Program-made: the position numbers and the translations under genes
The notes under the pieces: model-generated
Told to the model about the DNA's origin: nothing
The model's database searches: none
Seen by the model: only the letters and a program-made list of their open reading frames with translations
Source: Eubacteriales bacterium
GTDB taxonomy: Bacteria > Bacillota > Clostridia > Oscillospirales > QAKW01
Direction of reading: 5' to 3'
Assembly (NCBI GenBank): GCA_045541535.1
Contig: JAZQJG010000066.1
Coordinates: 4,136 to 68,135, forward strand
Length of the DNA: 64,000 nt
Shown: positions 10,053 through 19,230 of the stretch, piece by piece
Numbering within the stretch: position 1 is the stretch's first letter
Layout of the letters: each line of letters starts with the position of its first letter

Positions 10053-10631
10053 TTATTTTTTCGGATCAATATAGCTACGGGCGTCCCACAAATAGATGGC
10101 GCCGGAGATCACGCACAAAACGGCACCGATCCACAAAATCACAATGATGGCGATATCCGCCACAGGCTTTAAAGCCGCAACGCCAAAATCAAAGACCAGG
10201 CTGTACAGCCCCAAGGCGGCCACGATGCCCACCATCTGGGCCATGGTTTTGCTCTTGCCCCAGATATTGGCGGCCACCACCTTGCCGTCGCTGGTCACCA
10301 GCACCAGACGGATGGAGGAAACCAAAAATTCACGGAACAGCACGATAAAGCAAACCCACACGGCGTGGGCCCGAATGCCCTCCCACATAATAAAGCCGAT
10401 AAAGGCGGAGGTGGTGAGCATCTTATCCGCCAAGGGATCCAGAAATTTGCCGAAATTTGTCACCAAATTGTGTTTTCTGGCCATATTGCCGTCAATGGCG
10501 TCGGTAATGGCCGCCAGGGCAAACAAAACCAGGGCCACCAAATAATGATAGGGAAATTCAATGGCCATCGCCGCCATAAAGAAGGGGCAGGCGATCATAC
10601 GGGCTACCGTCAATTTGTTGGGTGTATTCAT
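10053..10631 (-). CDS. pgsA: CDP-diacylglycerol--glycerol-3-phosphate 3-phosphatidyltransferase
   Basis: CDP-alcohol phosphatidyltransferase motif DAIDGNMARK..G.FLDPLADK in a 192-aa polytopic protein. Confidence 0.9.
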   Translation of the reverse strand: MNTPNKLTVARMIACPFFMAAMAIEFPYHYLVALVLFALAAITDAIDGNMARKHNLVTNFGKFLDPLADKMLTTSAFIGFIMWEGIRAHAVWVCFIVLFREFLVSSIRLVLVTSDGKVVAANIWGKSKTMAQMVGIVAALGLYSLVFDFGVAALKPVADIAIIVILWIGAVLCVISGAIYLWDARSYIDPKK

Positions 10632-11944
10632 TCTACTACCTCTCCGATCATATCAAAATCCAACAGTTCGGTGATACGCACTTTGACAAAGCTACCGGGG
10701 GCCGCCTTGCCGGTGAAAAAGATCTTACCGTCAATGTCGGGCGCCTCGCCGTAGCTGCGGCCGAAATTGCACTCCGCCAGCCGATCAAAGCCCTCGCACA
10801 GTACGGTGAGCTCCTTGCCCACCATCGCCTCCATTTTGCCATAGGCAATGTCAGTCTGTACGTCCTCAATGATCTCCGCCCGACGGGCCTTGACCTCCTC
10901 GGGGATCTGACCGTCAAAGTCGGCGGCAGGGGTGCCCTCCTCGGCAGAGTAGGTAAACACGCCCAACTTGTCAAATTCAGCCGCCTTTACAAAGCGGACC
11001 AACCCCTCAAACTCCGCCTCCCCTTCTCCGGGGAAGCCCACCATCAGGGTGGTGCGCAGTACCGCCCCGGGAATGGTCTTGCGAATCTTTGCAATCAGCG
11101 AGAGCAGGCTCTCTCTGTCACCGGGACGGTTCATTTTGGACAGCACCGCCTCCTCGCTGTGCTGAATGGGCATTTCAATATAGGGGATCAGTTTTTCCTC
11201 TCTGGCAATGAGCTCCAAAAGCTCGTCGGTCACCTTGTCGGGATAGAGATACAGCAAACGGATCCAGACAAAGCCCTCTATCTTGACAAGCTCTCTCAAA
11301 AGATCGCAAAGCTTTTGCTCACCGTAAAGATCCACACCGTACATGGTGGTGTCCTGGGCAATGAGGATCAGCTCCTTCACGCCCTCGGCGGCAAGCTCCT
11401 TGGCCTCCGCCAGAATATCCTCCATTTTGCGGGAACGCAGCTTGCCCCGAATGCCGGGGATGGCGCAATAACTGCAACAATTGTTACAGCCGTCGGCAAG
11501 CTTGAGATAGGCGGTGAAGGGCAGCCCGGTACGGATCCGTTTTCCTTCCAGATCCTGCTCCTCGGGCGGGGCGAAACGGCAGGGCTTTTTTCCCTGTTCC
11601 AGTTCCTCCAGCACCGCCACGATGTCCTGAAAGCTACCCACGCCCACAAAGGCGTCTGCCTCAAAGATCTCCTCGGCAATGCTGTCCTGATACCGCTCGG
11701 GCAGACAGCCGCATACCACGATCTTTTGAATCTTGCCCTCTTTTTTCAGCTCCGCCATCTCCATAATGGTCTCAATGGCCTCGCTCTTGGCGGATTCAAT
11801 AAATCCGCAGGTGTTGATCACGATCACCTCTGCCGCGTCGGCGTCGGACACGATCTGATGTCCCGCCTCCTTGACACGGTAGATCATCTGCTCGGTGTTG
11901 ATCATATTTTTTTCACAGCCGAGCCCGATAAATCCTACTTTCAT
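10628..11944 (-). CDS. rimO: ribosomal protein S12 methylthiotransferase
   Basis: MKVGFIGLGCEKN start, radical-SAM CNNCCSYC cluster motif and C-terminal TRAM-like region. Confidence 0.9.
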   Translation of the reverse strand: MKVGFIGLGCEKNMINTEQMIYRVKEAGHQIVSDADAAEVIVINTCGFIESAKSEAIETIMEMAELKKEGKIQKIVVCGCLPERYQDSIAEEIFEADAFVGVGSFQDIVAVLEELEQGKKPCRFAPPEEQDLEGKRIRTGLPFTAYLKLADGCNNCCSYCAIPGIRGKLRSRKMEDILAEAKELAAEGVKELILIAQDTTMYGVDLYGEQKLCDLLRELVKIEGFVWIRLLYLYPDKVTDELLELIAREEKLIPYIEMPIQHSEEAVLSKMNRPGDRESLLSLIAKIRKTIPGAVLRTTLMVGFPGEGEAEFEGLVRFVKAAEFDKLGVFTYSAEEGTPAADFDGQIPEEVKARRAEIIEDVQTDIAYGKMEAMVGKELTVLCEGFDRLAECNFGRSYGEAPDIDGKIFFTGKAAPGSFVKVRITELLDFDMIGEVVE

Positions 11945-12552
11945 TCAAAGACCTCTGTATCTGTATATTCACTCATCACGGCCCGAATGTCCTCAAAGGA
12001 AAATCCCAGCCGCACCAGTCCCGCGCTGACCCGCCGCCGCTCGTCGGGGTCGGACAGATCCTTTTTGCGGTATTTGTGCTCCAGATGATAACGGATGTGC
12101 TCCCGCTCGTCCTCCGGCTCCTCCCCGGAGGTGGGGGTGATGCCCCGTTTGTAGAGCTCCCGGGCTCTGCGGCGGGGGCCCCAATGCTTGCTTTGCACCA
12201 TCACGTCGGTCAGTCTGCCGGCCAGTGCCTCATCGTCCACCAGCCCCAGCTCCTCCAGACGGGTGAGCGCCACCTCCACAGCCGCCTCGTCAAAGCCGGC
12301 CTTTTGCAGTTTTTCTCCCAGCTTTTTGCGGGAGAGCGCCTGATAGGAGAGATAGGTATACGCCTTCTGAATGGCCCGCAAGCCCTCGGCCTTGGCCGTC
12401 AGTTCCTCCAGCGCCGCCTCGTCCAGCTCGTCCCCGGTGTGCAGGTCCAGACTCATCACGATATCGGCGCCCAGAGTGGCAAACAGCTCACCGTCCAGAT
12501 AGATCTGACGCTTGCCGTTTTCATCGGAGGGTGTAATGCTTGTAATGATCAT
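11941..12552 (-). CDS. recX: recombination regulator RecX
   Basis: 203 aa with helical repeats. It directly follows recA with a 1-nt overlap. Confidence 0.85.
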   Translation of the reverse strand: MIITSITPSDENGKRQIYLDGELFATLGADIVMSLDLHTGDELDEAALEELTAKAEGLRAIQKAYTYLSYQALSRKKLGEKLQKAGFDEAAVEVALTRLEELGLVDDEALAGRLTDVMVQSKHWGPRRRARELYKRGITPTSGEEPEDEREHIRYHLEHKYRKKDLSDPDERRRVSAGLVRLGFSFEDIRAVMSEYTDTEVFE

Positions 12553-13703
12553 TATTCAAAATCGTCGGCCAATACGTCCAGATCCACCTTGCCGCCCTTG
12601 GTCTTTTTCACAGGGGCGGGCTCGTCGGCAAACATCGCTTTGGCCTCGGGGGAGGATTCGGTGGGCATCTTCCCTACCACCTGATCTGCGGCCGCCTTTT
12701 TCAGGGCCTGATCCGCCTTCTGCTGTTGCAGGGTCTGACGGATCTTTTCCTCAATCTCGTTGGCGATGTCGGGATTTTGCTTGAGATATTTCTTGGTGTT
12801 GTCTCTGCCCTGACCGATGCGGTTTTCACCGTAGGAGAACCAGGCGCCGCTCTTCTTGAGAATGCCGAACTCAACGCCCATATCCACCAGTTCACTCTCG
12901 TGGGAGATACCCTCGCCGTACATAATGTCGAAGGTAGCGGTCTTAAAGGGCGGGCTGACCTTGTTTTTAACCACCTTACACTTGGTGGTGGAGCCGATCA
13001 TCTCGGTACCGTTTTTCAGGGTCTCGCCCTTGCGCACGTCAATACGGACGGAGGAGAAGAACTTCAGCGCTCTGCCGCCGGGGGTCACCTCGGGATTGCC
13101 GTATACCACGCCCACCTTTTCACGGAGCTGGTTGATAAAGATACCCACGCAGTTGGTCTTACCCAGAGCGCCTGCCAGCTTTCTCATCGCCTGACTCATC
13201 AGACGGGCCTGCAGACCCACGTGGCTGTCACCCATATCACCCTCAATTTCGGCTTTGGGTACCAGGGCGGCAACGGAGTCCACCACCAATACGTCCAGCG
13301 CGCCGCTGCGGATCAGCGTTTCGGCAATTTCCAGACCCTGCTCGGCGGTATCGGGCTGGGACACCAACAAGCTGTCCACGTCCACGCCCAATGCCTCGGC
13401 ATATACGGGGTCCAGTGCGTGCTCGGCGTCGATATAGGCAACCTCGCCACCCATCTTCTGGGCCTCGGCCACGATGTGCAGGGCAACGGTGGTCTTACCG
13501 GAGGATTCCGGCCCAAAGATCTCCACGATACGGCCGCGGGGCACGCCGCCGATTCCCAGGGCATGGTCCAGCGCAATGGAGCCGGTGGGAATGACCTCCA
13601 CGTTCATTGCCTTGTTTTCACCCATTTTCATAACGGCGCCTGCGCCGAATTCCTTTTCAATCTGTTGCAGGGCCACCTGCAATGCCTTTTTCTTATCCGC
13701 CAT
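12552..13703 (-). CDS. recA: recombinase RecA
   Basis: [16 protein letters not shown] Walker A and full-length RecA similarity, with a longer C-terminal K/A-rich tail. Confidence 0.97.
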   Translation of the reverse strand: MADKKKALQVALQQIEKEFGAGAVMKMGENKAMNVEVIPTGSIALDHALGIGGVPRGRIVEIFGPESSGKTTVALHIVAEAQKMGGEVAYIDAEHALDPVYAEALGVDVDSLLVSQPDTAEQGLEIAETLIRSGALDVLVVDSVAALVPKAEIEGDMGDSHVGLQARLMSQAMRKLAGALGKTNCVGIFINQLREKVGVVYGNPEVTPGGRALKFFSSVRIDVRKGETLKNGTEMIGSTTKCKVVKNKVSPPFKTATFDIMYGEGISHESELVDMGVEFGILKKSGAWFSYGENRIGQGRDNTKKYLKQNPDIANEIEEKIRQTLQQQKADQALKKAAADQVVGKMPTESSPEAKAMFADEPAPVKKTKGGKVDLDVLADDFE

Positions 13704-13741
13704 AATAAAAATCTCCTTTTTATTAAGTTACATATATAATC

Positions 13742-13770
13742 ATTATAACAATTATTCTGTATAATTGCAA
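13742..13770 (-). promoter_or_regulatory. recA promoter (TTGCAA-17-TATAAT on the minus strand)
   Basis: Hexamers read from the reverse complement, ~40 nt upstream of the recA ATG. Confidence 0.55.
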
Positions 13771-13933
13771 CATCTATTTCTGCAAAATACGCAACAAATT
13801 TCATATTTTGCAGCCTTCCGTTGTATACAGGATATCACTCCATCTGTCCCATAGAACGGACAGGGGCAGCCTTTGCGTACAAATGCGCAGTTCGGAATTT
13901 CGGTAGCCTTTTGGCTTGTGCATAATTGTTCAC

Positions 13934-13969
13934 TAAAAAAACACTCTTGCCGGGCAAGAGTGTCTTTTC
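13934..13969. terminator. bidirectional hairpin terminator
   Basis: Stem acactcttgc-cgg-gcaagagtgt with an A7 tract upstream and cttttc downstream. Confidence 0.6.
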
Positions 13970-13970
13970 A

Positions 13971-14231
13971 GACTGTCAAAAAAGTCGTTTCATCACAGTG
14001 AAAAGCGAATCAAAAGAAAAAATGGTTTGTGGAGTCATAATAAACACAAGTCGTTTTTAATAATGGAAAGTCATCAAAGCAATTCCTTCTTTCCCTTGCG
14101 TTGCAAGGGATTCACTGTTTTCCGCTGCTACGCTCTCTACCGTACCCATGTACGCCGACGAGATCGCATCAGCGAAATGCAACGCCCTTTTTGGCAGTCT
14201 GCCAGCGTGTCAAAGAGGGTTCTTTGACACG
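13971..14231 (+). repeat. intergenic repeat family 1, full copy (~260 nt)
   Basis: Near-identical over most of its length to the reverse complement of 31524-31786. It contains conserved hairpins cccttgc-gt-tgcaaggg and gtgtcaaagag..ctttgacac. Confidence 0.85.
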
Positions 14232-14235
14232 CTGA

Positions 14236-14276
14236 CAAAAAGACAGGATTTTTCATCCTGTCTTTTTGTGTTTTTT
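14236..14276 (+). terminator. intrinsic terminator immediately 3' of the repeat copy
   Basis: Stem agacaggat-ttttc-atcctgtct, followed by tttttgtgtttttt. Confidence 0.75.
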
Positions 14277-14522
14277 GGGGGGCTTTACAGTCATTTTAAT
14301 ACATAAAAAAAGGGTGGTCAACGGGGCGGGAGGGGGAGATTTTGTTAATTTTGAATTTTTTTGCATATAGATATCCCGACGGCAGGGTTTACAAGCAAAA
14401 TAAAATGTGATACACTAAAAGATAATATAAATCAGGAAAAATCCAGCCCCCGGCGGCCGGAGAAAAGCGGGCGATTTTCCTGTGATATGCCGTCCCGACG
14501 GCAGGAGAAGAGAGGTAGACCG

Positions 14523-15629
14523 ATGGTAATTTTAGACGAGATCAAAATGAATCTGAGCGCCAAGGAGCCGGAGCTGAAAAACCTGAAAAAGGCCCTTGGA
14601 ATTGAGGAAAATCAAGGACGTTTGGCAGAGCTGGAAAAGCAGAGCGAGGCCCCCGATTTTTGGGACGATCTGGAAAACAGTCAGAAGGTATTGCGGGAGA
14701 TCAAGGGCATCAAAAACACCGCCGAGGAATATGCGGCATTGGAGAGCGCCTTTGAGGATATCGGCGCGATGATCGAGCTGGCCGAGGAGGAAGGCGAGGA
14801 GGATCTGGCAAGTGAGATTGCCGCCGAATACGCCGCCTTTGAGCAAAAGCTGGAGGCCGCCAGCCTGCAGGCCTTGCTGTCGGGGGAATATGACAAGAAC
14901 AACGCCATCCTCACCTTCCACGCCGGCGCCGGCGGCACCGAGGCCCAGGATTGGGCGGAGATGCTGTACCGTATGTACACCCGTTACGCCCAGCGCCACG
15001 ATTTCAAGATCACCGTGCTGGACTATCTGGACGGAGAAGAAGCGGGTATTAAGAGCGCTACCATTATGGTAGAGGGAATGTATGCCTACGGCTATCTTAA
15101 GTGCGAGATGGGCGTGCACCGTCTGGTGCGCTGTTCTCCCTTTGACTCCAGTGGCAGACGGCACACCTCCTTTGCTTCTCTGGAGGTTACCCCCGAGCTG
15201 GAAAACGACACCACCATTGAGATCGCCGACGACGACATCCGTGTGGACACCTATCGGGCCAGCGGCGCCGGCGGTCAGCACGTTAACAAAACCAGCTCCG
15301 CCATCCGGATCACCCATCTGCCCACCGGTATCGTGGTCACCTGCCAGAACGAGCGCAGTCAGCACAAAAACCGTGATATGGCCATGAAAATGCTGAAGAG
15401 TAAACTGTTGCAGATCAAGGAACGGGAGCATCTGGAAAAAATTGAGGATATCAAGGGCGATATGATGCAGATCGGCTGGGGCAGTCAGATCCGCAGTTAC
15501 GTATTTATGCCCTATACTCTGGCCAAGGATCACCGCACCGGCCACGAAAACGGCAACATCAACGCCGTTATGGACGGCGATATCGACGGCTTTATCACTG
15601 CCTCCCTGTTGGGCAAAACCGAGGAATAA
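14523..15629 (+). CDS. prfB: peptide chain release factor 2 (single ORF, no programmed frameshift)
   Basis: SPF tripeptide (RCSPFDS), GGQ ([11 protein letters not shown]) and PDFWDD near the N-terminus. The start is the ATG at 14523 after a GAGAGG RBS. Confidence 0.93.
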   Translation: MVILDEIKMNLSAKEPELKNLKKALGIEENQGRLAELEKQSEAPDFWDDLENSQKVLREIKGIKNTAEEYAALESAFEDIGAMIELAEEEGEEDLASEIAAEYAAFEQKLEAASLQALLSGEYDKNNAILTFHAGAGGTEAQDWAEMLYRMYTRYAQRHDFKITVLDYLDGEEAGIKSATIMVEGMYAYGYLKCEMGVHRLVRCSPFDSSGRRHTSFASLEVTPELENDTTIEIADDDIRVDTYRASGAGGQHVNKTSSAIRITHLPTGIVVTCQNERSQHKNRDMAMKMLKSKLLQIKEREHLEKIEDIKGDMMQIGWGSQIRSYVFMPYTLAKDHRTGHENGNINAVMDGDIDGFITASLLGKTEE

Positions 15630-15656
15630 ATCACAAAAATCAAGGACGTTAAAGTT

Positions 15657-16940
15657 ATGACGCTGATTGAATTTTTTGACGAAAACCGCATTGAAAACGT
15701 GGCCTGCGCTCTGATCTGTAAGGCGGAGCGGGTATATCTGCTGGGGGGCTCCCCTGCGGGACTGGCTGAGTATTGCAGACGGTATGGGGAGCTGACGGGT
15801 AAGGAATTTATTGCCCGCAGTATCAACCGCAGTAAGCTGACCGAAACGGTAAAAGAATTGGAAAAGCTGATCCACGAGATCCTTGCCGAGGATGAGGAAT
15901 GCGTGCTGGAGCTGGCCGGCGGAGACGATCTCTGTCTGGTGGCCGCCGGTATGGTGGCGGATCGGTTTGAGAGCGGGGTGCGTTTGTGTCGCACCAACGT
16001 TCCCCACAGCCGTATCGACACCTTTTATCCCGAGAGCAAGAGCTGCAGTGCACCCCTGCGACTGAGCATTGCGGAGAACGTGCGCATATACGGTGGCGGA
16101 TTGCATCTGACGGAGAACTGGGATCTGGAGGCTATCCGTCCCACCGCCGAGCTGTTGTGGAGTCTGGGAGAAGAATTTTCCGACTGGAACAGCCGTTGCG
16201 AGCTGATGGGGCGGATCCGCGCCAATTTCCCCGTGGATGCCAATAACAATCCTTTGACCGTGGAAGGGGACAAGACGGGCTATCTGCGCTTCGGCGGGCG
16301 GTTTTCCGATATTTGCAATCCCAATCATCTGGCCCGGCTGACCCGTGCCCAGTTGCAACAAGTGATCGAACTGTTGCAGGCCATCTGGCGGCGGCAGGGG
16401 GAGGAAAATCAGGTATTGCGTTCCCTGTTGGTGGATGAGCAGGCGGGGCTGTTGTATGCGGAATTTGCAAGTGAGAGCGCCAAGCGCTTGCTGGACAAAG
16501 CGGGTCAGGTGCTGGAGGTCTGGCTGGCCTGTCAGCTCAAAGAACTGAAGGAGCCCAAGGCCAAGGTGGGCGGTCCCTTTTTCCAGGATATCTGCGTGGG
16601 CGCAGAGCTGGATTGGGACGGTGTGGCCGAGCCGGACAATTTGCCCGACGTCAATAACGAGATCGACGTTATGGCCATGCGGGGAATGATCCCCATCTTT
16701 ATTTCCTGCAAAAACGGCAAGGTCAAAACAGAGGAGTTGTACAAACTCTCCCACGTGGCCGAGCGCTTTGGCGGGGAATATGCCAAAAAGCTGTTGGTGG
16801 CCCGCTCTCTGGGAGCGGAGGACAACGCCGAGATCAGCTTTGAAAAGCGGGCCAAGGAGATGGGCATCCATCTTATAGAGTTGGACGAACTGGAAAATAC
16901 ACAGCAACTGCTGTGGGAAATACAAAAACATTGTATGTAG
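15657..16940 (+). CDS. Card1-like (DUF1887) protein: CARF-like N-domain + PD-(D/E)xK nuclease-like C-domain
   Basis: The N-terminus ENVACALICKAERVYLLGG ... LELAGGDDLCLVAAG is Rossmann/CARF-like. The C-terminus NEIDVMAMRGMIPIFISCKNGK fits the DUF1887 restriction-endonuclease-like signature. Confidence 0.65.
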   Translation: MTLIEFFDENRIENVACALICKAERVYLLGGSPAGLAEYCRRYGELTGKEFIARSINRSKLTETVKELEKLIHEILAEDEECVLELAGGDDLCLVAAGMVADRFESGVRLCRTNVPHSRIDTFYPESKSCSAPLRLSIAENVRIYGGGLHLTENWDLEAIRPTAELLWSLGEEFSDWNSRCELMGRIRANFPVDANNNPLTVEGDKTGYLRFGGRFSDICNPNHLARLTRAQLQQVIELLQAIWRRQGEENQVLRSLLVDEQAGLLYAEFASESAKRLLDKAGQVLEVWLACQLKELKEPKAKVGGPFFQDICVGAELDWDGVAEPDNLPDVNNEIDVMAMRGMIPIFISCKNGKVKTEELYKLSHVAERFGGEYAKKLLVARSLGAEDNAEISFEKRAKEMGIHLIELDELENTQQLLWEIQKHCM

Positions 16941-16952
16941 AGGAGAAAAAAT

Positions 16953-17420
16953 ATGGGACTCAACAAAAGTGATCTGATCTTTGCCGCACTGCAGGCGGCG
17001 CTCAACAAAATTGATTGGAAGTACCGTGTACGGGAAAACAGCAGAATGATCGTCAGCGGTATGAGAGGGGACGATCTGCCCATTGACGTAAAGATCGACG
17101 TCAGAGAGGATATGGAGACCATTCTTTACGTTTCCGTCCTGCCCTTTGAGGTACCGGCTGAAAAGCGTATGGAGATGTGTACGGCCCTCAACGTCACCAA
17201 CTACGTATTAAGGGACGGTTGCTTTTCCATGGATATGGCCGACGGCAACGTGTTGTTTAAGCTGACCACCTGCTATCACGATTGTAACGTGGGAATGGGT
17301 CTGTACGTCCATTATCTGGAGCGTATGTGCGCCACGGTGGATCATTTTGACCGCAAATTGTACGAGCTGTCCACCGGTGAGATCACCTTGAAGGATTATA
17401 TTGCTTTTGTGATGGAATAA
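16953..17420 (+). CDS. YbjN-like (T3SS-chaperone-like) domain protein
   Basis: 155 aa. The pattern ..ILYVSVLPFEVPAEKRMEMCTALNVTNYVLRDGCFSMDMADGNVLFKLT is typical of the YbjN family as I recall it. Confidence 0.55.
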   Translation: MGLNKSDLIFAALQAALNKIDWKYRVRENSRMIVSGMRGDDLPIDVKIDVREDMETILYVSVLPFEVPAEKRMEMCTALNVTNYVLRDGCFSMDMADGNVLFKLTTCYHDCNVGMGLYVHYLERMCATVDHFDRKLYELSTGEITLKDYIAFVME

Positions 17421-17424
17421 AAAC

Positions 17425-18327
17425 GTGACCGGAGAAGAAATCTATCAAACAATAGAGGCGGCCTTGGTACAGAGAAACTGTACCGTTCGGCGGCAACAGG
17501 TATACGGTGTGCAATGGCTGGAAGCCGTGCGAAGGTCGGGGGATAGCGTAAGGGTGCAGTACTTGCAGTGGGAGAACGTATCGGAACTGGAGTTTACCGT
17601 TGCGTTGGCCACCCCGATCAAAAAGGAAAATACGGTTACGACCTGTGTGTTGGCCTCCCGCCCCCTCTACCCGTTCACCGTGGAAGGGAATCGGGTTTTG
17701 TACCGTCGGCGGTTTGCGTTGTCGGAGCCGGTGGACACCGAATATCTTATCCGCGCTCTGGAACGGATGTGGGCGGTTACGGATCGGTACGTTTGGTATT
17801 TTGCGGCGGTGGACGTTACGGCACAGCCAAAGCAGGTGTTGCCGGAGGATTTGCCGCCCATCAGCCATTCGTCAGACCGTCTGCAGGAGGCGGATTCCGA
17901 GAACTTTGTGGGCCTTGGGGAGGCATTTGAACAGGCAGGCTGTTACGTGGAAGCGCGGGACGGCCGCTTTGCCGCCACCCCGGAGGGCGGCTTTCCGTAT
18001 ATGGTATATCGGGAGCCGGAGTCGGCACAGTTGCGCATCTGCTATCGATTGGGGCGGATCCCACGGCACAAGCGGGCGGCGGCCTGCGTCCTTCGTTGCG
18101 CCCTGCAACGGGAGATGGAGGGCCTTTATCTGCAATTTGACGTGGATGATGGGACGTTGGAGCTTTGTTATGAGTTACCCTACTACGCCGCCCCGGAAAA
18201 TGATTTCATCGCCTTGGTTTTGAAAAGACTCTTTCGGCAACGTCGGAGGACAACGCGCTTTTTTAACCGATTAAACGACGGTTGTCCCCTGGGGGAGCTG
18301 TTGGAGGAACTGGGAGGTTTGGGATGA
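17425..18327 (+). CDS. hypothetical protein, apparently two YbjN-like modules
   Basis: GTG start 4 nt after the upstream stop. The second half, RICYRLGRIP..CALQREMEGLYLQFDVDDGTLELCYEL, repeats the YbjN-like pattern. Confidence 0.5.
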   Translation: MTGEEIYQTIEAALVQRNCTVRRQQVYGVQWLEAVRRSGDSVRVQYLQWENVSELEFTVALATPIKKENTVTTCVLASRPLYPFTVEGNRVLYRRRFALSEPVDTEYLIRALERMWAVTDRYVWYFAAVDVTAQPKQVLPEDLPPISHSSDRLQEADSENFVGLGEAFEQAGCYVEARDGRFAATPEGGFPYMVYREPESAQLRICYRLGRIPRHKRAAACVLRCALQREMEGLYLQFDVDDGTLELCYELPYYAAPENDFIALVLKRLFRQRRRTTRFFNRLNDGCPLGELLEELGGLG

Positions 18328-19220
18328 GCGCCAACGAACAACTGCTGGAATGTTTTGGAAAAGTATTGGCAGAACAAGGAATTTATTGCAGATTGGAGCA
18401 TTCTGCGTTGGTGGGGAGCGAGCCCTATCCCGTGTTGGTGCGGGCGGAGGGGTATTCGCTGAACGTTCGCATCGGCTACGGCCCCGCCAACGGACGGCAG
18501 CATTACGTGAAAACGGCGGTGCAATTGGCACGGGCCGGCGCATTTTGCGACACCGGCGGCACCTTTTGCCAAACAGAGGCGGCAGCGCCGGAATATCGCC
18601 GTACCTTTGTTTTTATCTACGATCCTACGCCGGACGTGCTGGAGGCTTGGGCGGAACAGCTTTTGCGCATTATGCATGGGTTTCGCGGCTTTATTTATGA
18701 GGGCAAGCCCATTGCATATCTGCCCGATCAACCCTTACGTTATAACGACAATCCCGAATTTTTGGGGCGGCTGGCACGGCGTAATATGCAACGGATGAAG
18801 CGATTTTTGATACAAGAGGACTTGCCCGCCACCGAACGGGACAATATGCTGGGCTGTGCCCTGCCGGAGGGAAGCGTTTTTACGATACAGCCAAACGTCA
18901 ACGGACAGTTTTTGCTGGTGAGCAGTCAACGGATTGACGTTCCCGATCATAAACTGGCATTGGCGGCGGCCTTTCAGGCCTTGCTCAATACCCGTATCGA
19001 GCCCTTTTACGTGGACACCCATCTGGAGGAGGGCTGGTTGCGGCTCTGCCTGACGCTGGATTATGCCGGTGGCACCCCCATCGCCTCGGAGAAGATGACC
19101 CTGTTGCGGGAATTTTCGGAAACGACGGAGCGGTTGAAGGAACTGTACAACACGCTGTTTCGGGAGGAAACGGACGTGCGTGCCCTGTGGCAAAGCATAT
19201 ATAACAGTGGACTGAAATAA
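18324..19220 (+). CDS. hypothetical protein, apparently two YbjN-like modules
   Basis: The ATG at 18324 overlaps the upstream TGA (ATGA coupling). The C-terminal half, ..ALLNTRIEPFYVDTHLEEGWLRLCLTLDY, is YbjN-like. Confidence 0.5.
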   Translation: MSANEQLLECFGKVLAEQGIYCRLEHSALVGSEPYPVLVRAEGYSLNVRIGYGPANGRQHYVKTAVQLARAGAFCDTGGTFCQTEAAAPEYRRTFVFIYDPTPDVLEAWAEQLLRIMHGFRGFIYEGKPIAYLPDQPLRYNDNPEFLGRLARRNMQRMKRFLIQEDLPATERDNMLGCALPEGSVFTIQPNVNGQFLLVSSQRIDVPDHKLALAAAFQALLNTRIEPFYVDTHLEEGWLRLCLTLDYAGGTPIASEKMTLLREFSETTERLKELYNTLFREETDVRALWQSIYNSGLK

Positions 19221-19230
19221 AGGAGAGGCT

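Noticed and set aside
13746-13757. Possible LexA (Cheo-type) box GAATAATTGTTA within the recA promoter spacer (minus strand).
   Set aside because: It matches the GAAC-N4-GTTC core at only 6 of 8 positions. It is plausible by position, but I cannot support it without a genome-specific LexA motif model.
14027-14227. Small ORFs inside repeat family 1: 66 aa here, and 31449-31655(-) and 31480-31677(-) in the other copy.
   Set aside because: The two DNA copies are near-identical, but indels put the ORFs in different frames with unrelated peptides. The conservation is therefore at the nucleotide or RNA level, not the protein level.
14361-14522. 5' extension of the prfB ORF (MHIDIPTAGF...), and the possibility of the classical RF2 +1 programmed frameshift.
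   Set aside because: The extension has no RBS and lies in repeat and AT-rich spacer. RF2 similarity begins at MVILDE (ATG 14523), which has a GAGAGG RBS. The whole RF2 sequence is in one frame, and the region that would hold the CUU UGA C shift site reads ccc ttg gaa, so no frameshift is present.
14532-16931. Very long antisense ORFs opposite real genes. Examples: 14532-16931(-) 799 aa, 20357-23509(-) 1050 aa, 7412-9004(+) 530 aa, 35044-37035(-) 663 aa, 31869-33923(-) 684 aa, 43044-44915(-), 45177-47339(-), 49739-51355(-), 10622-12088(+), 27921-29414(-) and 40628-41755(-).
   Set aside because: These are shadow ORFs typical of GC-rich coding DNA. Their translations are low-complexity (G/H/L/V/Q-rich) with no recognisable motifs, and each is fully overlapped by a gene with clear family signatures on the other strand.
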